The notes under the pieces were generated by a model. That model did no database searches, was not told where the DNA came from, and saw nothing but the letters and a program-made list of their open reading frames with translations. From Myxococcota bacterium (lineage in GTDB: Bacteria; Myxococcota_A; UBA796; CAJQPC01), in the NCBI GenBank assembly GCA_036229005.1, contig JAZAMN010000011.1, forward strand, positions 128,001 to 192,000: 64,000 bases of DNA, written 5' to 3'. The position numbers and the translations under genes are program-made. Below are positions 57,810 through 64,000 of this stretch, piece by piece (position 1 is the stretch's first letter; each line of letters begins with the position of its first letter).

Positions 57810-58904
57810 ATGGCTGACTACTACGTCATCCTGGGCGTCTCCCGGAGCGCCGATCTGTCGGCCATCCGAAAGGCCTTCAAGGACATCGCCCGCAAGCACC
57901 ACCCGGATCGCAACCCCGGGAACGCCGAGGCCGAGCGCATCTTCAAGGCGGCCAGCGCGGCCTATGCGGTGCTCGCGGACAACAAGAAGCGCGCCCTGTA
58001 CGACGAGTTCGGGGAGGAGGGCCTCGCGGTCGGCTTCAACGTGGAGCGTGCCCGCGCGCGGCGAGCGGCCAGCCAGGGGCGGGCGGCCTACGGGGGCGGC
58101 ATCTCCTTCAACGACATCCTCAGCGGGCGCTACAGCCCCAAGGATATCCCCGATCCGGAGCCTCCAAAGGACCGCTCGCAGGGACCATTCTACGACCACA
58201 AGCCGCGCAGCCAGGGGCCCTACTACGGCACCCCTCCCCAGCGCCCTGCCGGTGGCGGATACACCCCTCCCCCCCGTCCAACACCGCCGCCGCCTCCCCG
58301 CGCCCCGACGCACGGTGGACGCGTTCGAGCCCAGACCCAGCCGGCAGCCCAACCCCTGCGGACTTCGGTGACGGTGGATCCGATGACTGCGCTGCAAGGC
58401 GGGGAGACCCGGGTCCAGTTCATGAGGCCGACCCGGGTGGGCGGACTGGAGGAGGTCACCCTCCGGGTCACGATCCCCGCCAACACGCGGGACGGGGCCT
58501 CGATGCGCCTGCGAGGACAGGGTGGCTATGGCCGGGGAGCCTCTGGACCTCAGGATGTGCTGCTGGAGATCCGCGTGGACCGCGCAGGGCCCGTGCGCCA
58601 GGATGGCCGGAACATCGAGCTCGAGGTCCCCGTGACCCTGGGTGAGGCGCTGCTGGGCGGAAAGATCGAGGTGGACAGCCCGATGGGGCGCTTCCAGGTC
58701 CTCATCCCCAGCGGCTCGGACACCGGGACCCGGATTCGGGTGAGGGGTCGGGGTGCTCCCGGGCTTGGGTCCTCACCTCCTGGGGATCTCGTGCTGGTCA
58801 TCAAGCCCATGATGCCGGACCAGATCAGCGAGGACATGCTGGAGCTCGTCCGCAAGCTGGAGCAGTACTACACGCGCTCTCCGCGTGAGTCCTCCGAGGA
58901 CTGA
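57810..58904 (+). CDS. DnaJ/CbpA-type (class B) co-chaperone
   Basis: J domain with HPD; no Zn finger; C-terminal VPVTLGEALLGG..GDL domain. Confidence 0.9.
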   Translation: MADYYVILGVSRSADLSAIRKAFKDIARKHHPDRNPGNAEAERIFKAASAAYAVLADNKKRALYDEFGEEGLAVGFNVERARARRAASQGRAAYGGGISFNDILSGRYSPKDIPDPEPPKDRSQGPFYDHKPRSQGPYYGTPPQRPAGGGYTPPPRPTPPPPPRAPTHGGRVRAQTQPAAQPLRTSVTVDPMTALQGGETRVQFMRPTRVGGLEEVTLRVTIPANTRDGASMRLRGQGGYGRGASGPQDVLLEIRVDRAGPVRQDGRNIELEVPVTLGEALLGGKIEVDSPMGRFQVLIPSGSDTGTRIRVRGRGAPGLGSSPPGDLVLVIKPMMPDQISEDMLELVRKLEQYYTRSPRESSED

Positions 58905-58913
58905 CCAAGCTCC

Positions 58914-58943
58914 TTGACATCGGGCGACACACAATCGTAAAAG
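58914..58943 (+). promoter_or_regulatory. Putative promoter
   Basis: TTGACA-18nt-TAAAAG followed by AGGAGG RBS. Confidence 0.45.
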
Positions 58944-58966
58944 GCGGGCCCTCAGGAGGCCCCCCG

Positions 58967-59875
58967 ATGCTTGTTGCCCTCGCTCTGTTCGCCTGCACCA
59001 AGGACGACACCACCGACGACTCTTCCACGGGAGAGCTCTCCCGCTTCGAGCAGGAGATCTTCGTCGAGCAGACCCCCGTGACCGAGTCCGGCACCAGCCT
59101 GGACACCTGCCACACGCCTGGCCAGGACTGGCCCACCCAGACCCCGGACGCGAGCTGCCAGGTCGAGGTCTCCATGTCCGGCACGGTCCTGGACTTCCAG
59201 GACGACGTCCCTGTGGAGGAGGCCACCACCGAGTTCTGGTGGGACAACACCTACGTCGAGGGCTCCGCGGACCAGACCGTGGTGAGCGACGAGTCGGGCG
59301 ACATCAGCGGCGTGGCCCCCACCTGCACGCCCTACACCTACTCCACCTACACCGATCCGGCGCTCGAGGAGACCGTGCTCACCATCCAGGCGCACAACGT
59401 GATGCCCCCCGGTGAGAGCGTCGAGGACGACCCCAACTCCGTGTCCACCACGACCTACCAGCTCATCCCCGGGCTGCTGGGTGTTGCTGTGGAGCCCGGC
59501 AAGGCCGTCGTGGCTGGAACCGTCTACGGCTGCGAGCGTGAGGGCGACGCCGTCGAGTACGCGCAGGTCATCGCCCGGACCAAGGGAGGCGACTACCTGG
59601 AGGACCAGGATGTCTTCTACTTTGTGGACGACTTCCCCGACCGCAACCAGGAGTGGACCTCGGCCGATGGCCTGTGGATCATCGCCAACGTGCCCGAGAG
59701 CGAGCTGACCATCGAGGTCTGGACCTGGGACGGCAGCGAGCACCAGCTCCGCGCGACCACCGACCTGACCATCATCCCAGACAGCATCAACATCGCCAAC
59801 GCCTACGTGGGCTTCGAGGGCGGCGTGGTGTACCCCGAGGAGTGCCTGAGCTCCTGCGCCGCGGTCGAGGAGTAG
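58967..59875 (+). CDS. Hypothetical lipoprotein with carboxypeptidase-regulatory-like beta-sandwich domains
   Basis: AGGAGG RBS; MLVALALFAC; SGTVLD..PVEEA..SDESG; TSADG.WIIANVP. Confidence 0.7.
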   Translation: MLVALALFACTKDDTTDDSSTGELSRFEQEIFVEQTPVTESGTSLDTCHTPGQDWPTQTPDASCQVEVSMSGTVLDFQDDVPVEEATTEFWWDNTYVEGSADQTVVSDESGDISGVAPTCTPYTYSTYTDPALEETVLTIQAHNVMPPGESVEDDPNSVSTTTYQLIPGLLGVAVEPGKAVVAGTVYGCEREGDAVEYAQVIARTKGGDYLEDQDVFYFVDDFPDRNQEWTSADGLWIIANVPESELTIEVWTWDGSEHQLRATTDLTIIPDSINIANAYVGFEGGVVYPEECLSSCAAVEE

Positions 59876-59879
59876 TCCG

Positions 59880-61442
59880 ATGTTCCTGGCCGCACTGCTG
59901 ATGGCATCCACCGCCCACGCGGTGGAGTTCGAGTCCGCCGACGGCGACACCACTCTGACCCTGGAGGGCTACTACCGCTTCAGGGTCCAGCAGTACGGGG
60001 GGCTCTACGACCCCGCGGCCTGGGACGATCTGGACTCCTCGAACGGGCGCTACTCCGTTCAGCGCCTGCGCCTTGAGCCCTCTCTGAACTTCTCGGAGCG
60101 GGCCAAGGTCTACGCGCAGATCGACGCCCTCGACAACACTTTGATGGGCGACAACGAGGACTTCGCCAGCACCGCGCTGTTCGCCGGCAACGGGAGCTGG
60201 ACCGGCGTCGACGGCCAGCCCGGCGACAACGTCGTGGTGAAGCGCGCCTGGACCCGCTTCTCCCTGCCCGTGGGCACCATGCTGGTCGGCCGCATGGAGT
60301 CCCACTGGGGCATGGGCCTGCTGGCCAACGACGGCAACGACTTCCGAAACACCTGGGGCGAGTCCTACGGCGGCAGCTCCTTCGACCGGATCCTCTTCGC
60401 CACCAAGCCCTTGGCCATCACCGAGGCGGCCTTCGGGTTTGGCAGCGCGGACATCCCGCTGGTGGTGGCGGTCGGCATCGATCGGCTGGTGGAGGACCCC
60501 CTCACCCAGTACTACGGCTACCAGTGTGACCCCGACGACGAGGAGGAGGGCTGCGGGTCCACCGAGGATCACGGCTACACCGAGGACCGGGACACCGAGG
60601 ACCGCCGGGACAACTGGTGGTACGACAACGAGGACGACGTCTACCAGCTCGCCTACGTGGTGTCCTACAAGGGCCAGGACCTGAACTGGGGCAACAAGCT
60701 CACCGACTTCACCCTGGGCGCCCTGGCCTTCAACCGGCACCAGCGGGAGACGGACTCGGCGGTCTGGGTGCTCGACGCCCACACCCGCCTGAACCGGAGC
60801 TGGCTCTACGTGGAGTCCGAGGGCTACGCAATCGTGGGCGAGACCCGCGCCCTGGCGCTGCCCGACTCCACCCAGGAGGACCCCCTGCACAAGGAGGTCA
60901 AGATCTGGGGCGCTGCCGCAAAGGCCGGCTACCAGACCCCCGACCTGGACCTCATCATGGAGTACGGCATCGCCAGCGGCGACGAGTACGCCGGCGACTC
61001 CAGCTTCACCGGGCGCCCCTTCCACGCCGACTACAACGTCGGCCTGCTCCTCTACGAGGAGATCCTGGCCTACGGCACCCGCTACCAGTGGCGGGACGCG
61101 GCGGATGGCCTGTGGAGCCGAGGCGGCGTGTACAACTCCAGCTACCTGTTCCCGCAAGTGCGCTACCAGCTCATCCCCGGCTGGAACCTGCACGGCGCCT
61201 TCCTGGTGGCCATGCCGCACAAGCCCGACGGGGCCATCATCCGCACCGATGACGACGCCGAGTCCGCCCTGCTGGGGTGGGAGGTCGACGCGGCCCTCAA
61301 GATCGACTTCCAGGAGCAGATGAAGTTCTCCCTGGAGGGCGGCTACGCCAAGACCACCGACCGCCTGCCCACCGAGATCTGGGGCATCGCCGAGAACGGC
61401 AGCGTCTGGACGGTGCAGTCCCGCATCGCCTACTCCTTCTGA
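59880..61442 (+). CDS. Outer-membrane beta-barrel protein (porin/alginate-export-like)
   Basis: Signal peptide ending AHA; LEGYYRFR, VGRMESHWGMGLLANDG, LGWEVDA; C-terminal YSF. Confidence 0.75.
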   Translation: MFLAALLMASTAHAVEFESADGDTTLTLEGYYRFRVQQYGGLYDPAAWDDLDSSNGRYSVQRLRLEPSLNFSERAKVYAQIDALDNTLMGDNEDFASTALFAGNGSWTGVDGQPGDNVVVKRAWTRFSLPVGTMLVGRMESHWGMGLLANDGNDFRNTWGESYGGSSFDRILFATKPLAITEAAFGFGSADIPLVVAVGIDRLVEDPLTQYYGYQCDPDDEEEGCGSTEDHGYTEDRDTEDRRDNWWYDNEDDVYQLAYVVSYKGQDLNWGNKLTDFTLGALAFNRHQRETDSAVWVLDAHTRLNRSWLYVESEGYAIVGETRALALPDSTQEDPLHKEVKIWGAAAKAGYQTPDLDLIMEYGIASGDEYAGDSSFTGRPFHADYNVGLLLYEEILAYGTRYQWRDAADGLWSRGGVYNSSYLFPQVRYQLIPGWNLHGAFLVAMPHKPDGAIIRTDDDAESALLGWEVDAALKIDFQEQMKFSLEGGYAKTTDRLPTEIWGIAENGSVWTVQSRIAYSF

Positions 61443-61501
61443 GTGGCTATGTAGAGAGGGCCTGACCGGAGTCGGGCCCTCGGGACTCGGAGGAGCGCGC
61501 C

Positions 61502-61753
61502 GTGGACTTCCTGCTGCTCATCGTCGGACGCCTGGTCCAGGGCATCGCGTTCGTGCTCTTCCTGGACGCGATCCTCAGCTGGTTCCAGGAGCCCGACCAG
61601 TTCCCCCGCCGCTACACGCGGGCGCTGGCCGACCCGATCTACGCGCCGCTGCGCGGCTTCCTGATCATCGGTGGAATGGACCTGTCCCCCCTGGTGATGA
61701 TCCTGGGGCTGAACTTCCTCGCGAACGTGCTCCTGGGCGCGGTCTCCCCCTGA
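61502..61753 (+). CDS. yggT: YggT family membrane protein
   Basis: AILSWF, DPIYAPLR, GGMDLSPLV; GGAGG RBS. Confidence 0.88.
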   Translation: MDFLLLIVGRLVQGIAFVLFLDAILSWFQEPDQFPRRYTRALADPIYAPLRGFLIIGGMDLSPLVMILGLNFLANVLLGAVSP

Positions 61754-61766
61754 CTGGAGCCGGACG

Positions 61767-62468
61767 ATGCTGACCACCCTTCTCTTGCTGTGCAGCCTGG
61801 CGGTGGCCGGGCTGGACGCCGATCTGGAGCGGGCCGCGAACGGGGACCTGTCGGAGGCCATGCGCCGGGAGGCCTTCAACAGCCTGACCCGGAGCTACAG
61901 CACGGAGCGGCCCCAGATGGAGGCCGTGCTGTTCGACCAGAAGGCGGACGCGCGCCAGCGCTGGGTCCTGGCCCGCTCCCTGGGCCACACCGGCAGCAAG
62001 GACGCTATGCGGGCGCTGCTCAAGCTCTGCGAGGACCCCATGCCCGCGATGCGCGCTGCAGCCGCCGGCGGCCTCGGGGACCTGGGCTTCAAGGACGCCA
62101 GCCCCAAGGTCGCCAGCCTCCTGGAAGACGACGCGATCATGGTCCGCGGAGAGGCGGCCATCGCTCTGGGCAAGATCGGCGACCACGCCTCGGCTCCGGC
62201 CCTGGAGGCCGCGCTCCGAGATCGCAGCAACTTCTACCGGGACCAGAGCCTGTGGGTGCGCGTGCACTACGTCACCGCCCTGGGTCAGATCGGCGCCCCC
62301 TCTTCGACCGCGGTGCTCATCGCCGCGCTGGAGGACCAGGACCGGGCGGTTCAAGACGCCGCGCTGGCCGCCCTGCGCGAGGCCGAGGGCTTCGACTTTG
62401 CCGAGGGGCGCACCCGCAGCGAGCACATCCAGGCCTGGCAACGTTGGTACGCGGCGCAGGACCGCTGA
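61767..62468 (+). CDS. Secreted HEAT-repeat protein
   Basis: Signal peptide; repeats RAAAAGGLG, VRGEAAIALGKIGD, ALEDQDRAVQ. Confidence 0.85.
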   Translation: MLTTLLLLCSLAVAGLDADLERAANGDLSEAMRREAFNSLTRSYSTERPQMEAVLFDQKADARQRWVLARSLGHTGSKDAMRALLKLCEDPMPAMRAAAAGGLGDLGFKDASPKVASLLEDDAIMVRGEAAIALGKIGDHASAPALEAALRDRSNFYRDQSLWVRVHYVTALGQIGAPSSTAVLIAALEDQDRAVQDAALAALREAEGFDFAEGRTRSEHIQAWQRWYAAQDR

Positions 62469-62483
62469 CCCCCGGGGCTCAGC

Positions 62484-63224
62484 TCAGCGCTTCACGCTCA
62501 GCTTCATCACGGTCTTGCCCACGCCCAGGGTGTCCCCCGAGCGGATGCGCGTGACGCCGACCTTGCGGCCGTTGTGGAAGGTGCCGTTTGTGGAGCCCAG
62601 GTCCCGCAGGAACACCATCTCGCGGCCGAAGAGCTCCAGCACAGCGTGCCGGCGGCTGACCTCAGGGTCGGAGAGCGGGATCTCGCCCATCTTGCGCCCG
62701 ATGGTCACGTTGCCCCGGGTGAAGCGGAACACCTTGCCCGCGTCCTGGCCCGCGACGACCTCCAGCACCGCGATGATGCCAGGAGGGAGCCGGAGGTCCT
62801 GACCGATCACGTCGGCGGGGGTCCCGGTCTTGTCGCGGCTCCCTTTGAGCTCGACGAGCTCCTCGTCCAGCAGCCAGGCGATCTCGAGCTGCTTGGGGCC
62901 GTCCGCGGAGCCGCCGTCCGTTTCCCCGTCTTCCGCCAGGAAGAGCACCATGCGGGTGCTGCCCACGCTGATCTCAGCCCCCGGCCGAAGCTGGCTCTCG
63001 CGGACCAGCCGGCCGTCGACCATGGTGCCGTTGGTGGAGCCCAGGTCCCGCAGGAACCAGTGCCCCTGGTTGAAGCGGATCTCCAGGTGCCGGCTGGAGA
63101 TCATGGCGTCATCGAGCACCAGATCGCCGCCCCGGCGGCCAACGACAAGCGGCGCGTCCAAGGGCAGAGGCACGTTCAGCCCCTGCTTGGAGCCCGCGAC
63201 GATCTTGAGGAAGGCCTGCCCCAT
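62484..63224 (-). CDS. Tandem FHA-domain protein
   Basis: Two GR..SSRH/SRRH..DLGSTNGT motifs. Confidence 0.92.
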   Translation of the reverse strand: MGQAFLKIVAGSKQGLNVPLPLDAPLVVGRRGGDLVLDDAMISSRHLEIRFNQGHWFLRDLGSTNGTMVDGRLVRESQLRPGAEISVGSTRMVLFLAEDGETDGGSADGPKQLEIAWLLDEELVELKGSRDKTGTPADVIGQDLRLPPGIIAVLEVVAGQDAGKVFRFTRGNVTIGRKMGEIPLSDPEVSRRHAVLELFGREMVFLRDLGSTNGTFHNGRKVGVTRIRSGDTLGVGKTVMKLSVKR

Positions 63225-64000
63225 CAGGCTTCTTTGGCCTGGGCAGCGGCCTGGCACTGGGCACGCCAGGCCTGGTGGTATCGCCCGGGCAGGGGCCGCC
63301 CCAGCATGTCCTCGACGAAGAGACCGGCGTTGGAGAGCGCGGGCAGGTCGATGCCGGTTTGGTAGCCCATCTCGGTGAGCATGTAGACGAGATCCTCGCT
63401 CGCAGCGTTCCCGCTCGCACCCGGCGCGTAGGGGCAGCCGCCCAGACCCGCGACCGAGGTGTCGAACTGCCGGACCCCAGCCTCCAGGCCCGCCAAGATG
63501 TTGGCCAGAGCGGTCCCGCGGGTGTCGTGCATGTGCAAGGTCACCCGCTCGGGCCCCACGCCTGCCTCGCCCAGCAGCCGGATGATCTCCTGGACCTGCC
63601 GGGGGTTGCCCATGCCGGTGGTGTCGCCCAGGGAGATCCGCTCGGCGCCGGCCTCGAGCAGGGCCAGGGAGAGGTCCACGGTGCGCTGGGGGTCGGTCTT
63701 GCCCTCGTAGGGGCAGCCAAAGACGGTGGACAGGTAGCTGCGCACCCGGAGGCCCTCGGCGCGGGCGTCCGCGATGACCTCGCGCAGGCCCATCAGCGAC
63801 TCGGAGGTCGAGCGGTTCACGTTCTTGAGGTTGTGGGTCTCGCTGACGGACATGAAGGTCGCGACCGCCTTCATCTCCACACCCACGGCCCGGTCCAGGC
63901 CCCGCTTGTTGGGGACGAGGCCCCAGTAGGTCACGCCCTCGACGTCCGGGAGCGCACCGACCACCTGATCGGCGTCGGCGAGCTGGGGGATCCAGCGGGG
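63224..64000 (-). CDS. Hydroxymethylglutaryl-CoA lyase, 5'-truncated by window edge
   Basis: PRWIPQLAD, FGCPYEG, SLGDTTG, HMHDTRG, GLGGCPYAPGASGN. Confidence 0.93.
   Translation of the reverse strand, partial: PRWIPQLADADQVVGALPDVEGVTYWGLVPNKRGLDRAVGVEMKAVATFMSVSETHNLKNVNRSTSESLMGLREVIADARAEGLRVRSYLSTVFGCPYEGKTDPQRTVDLSLALLEAGAERISLGDTTGMGNPRQVQEIIRLLGEAGVGPERVTLHMHDTRGTALANILAGLEAGVRQFDTSVAGLGGCPYAPGASGNAASEDLVYMLTEMGYQTGIDLPALSNAGLFVEDMLGRPLPGRYHQAWRAQCQAAAQAKEA

Overview
High-GC bacterial chromosome segment. The gene content (Asp/Cys-rich 'putative metal-binding' lipoproteins, FHA, HEAT and FG-GAP proteins) suggests a Myxococcota/deltaproteobacterium-like organism (inference). The core (about 19.9-50.3 kb, minus strand) is the transcription/translation supercluster: tRNA-Thr/Tyr/Gly/Thr, tuf, secE-nusG-rplKAJL-rpoBC, rpsLG-fusA, and the S10, spc and alpha operons. 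The flanks carry pyrD, tRNA-Gly, a glycosyltransferase operon, gap-pgk-tpiA-secG-tRNA-Leu, fur, many secreted or lipoproteins, an M50 protease, a DnaJ-type protein and HMG-CoA lyase. I found no mobile element, CRISPR array or rRNA. The supercluster is unusually remodelled. rplC (uL3) is cleanly missing from the S10 operon, and rpsN, rpmJ, rpsD and rpmG (all zinc-ribbon-type proteins) plus adk/map/infA/tufA are absent from their usual slots. The str-operon EF-G is a degenerate EF-G2-like copy behind a terminator hairpin. Beta-prime has an insertion of about 215 aa and L29 has a C-terminal tail. A dense RNA-hairpin block sits between rpmC and rpsQ, and there is no room for an L10 leader. Other oddities are ultra-short uncharged signal peptides, sigma70-like promoters lacking -7T, a DnaA-box pair, and an operon with a catalytically degenerate M30-like lipoprotein next to a site-2 protease. 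All calls come from reading the sequence; no searches were run.
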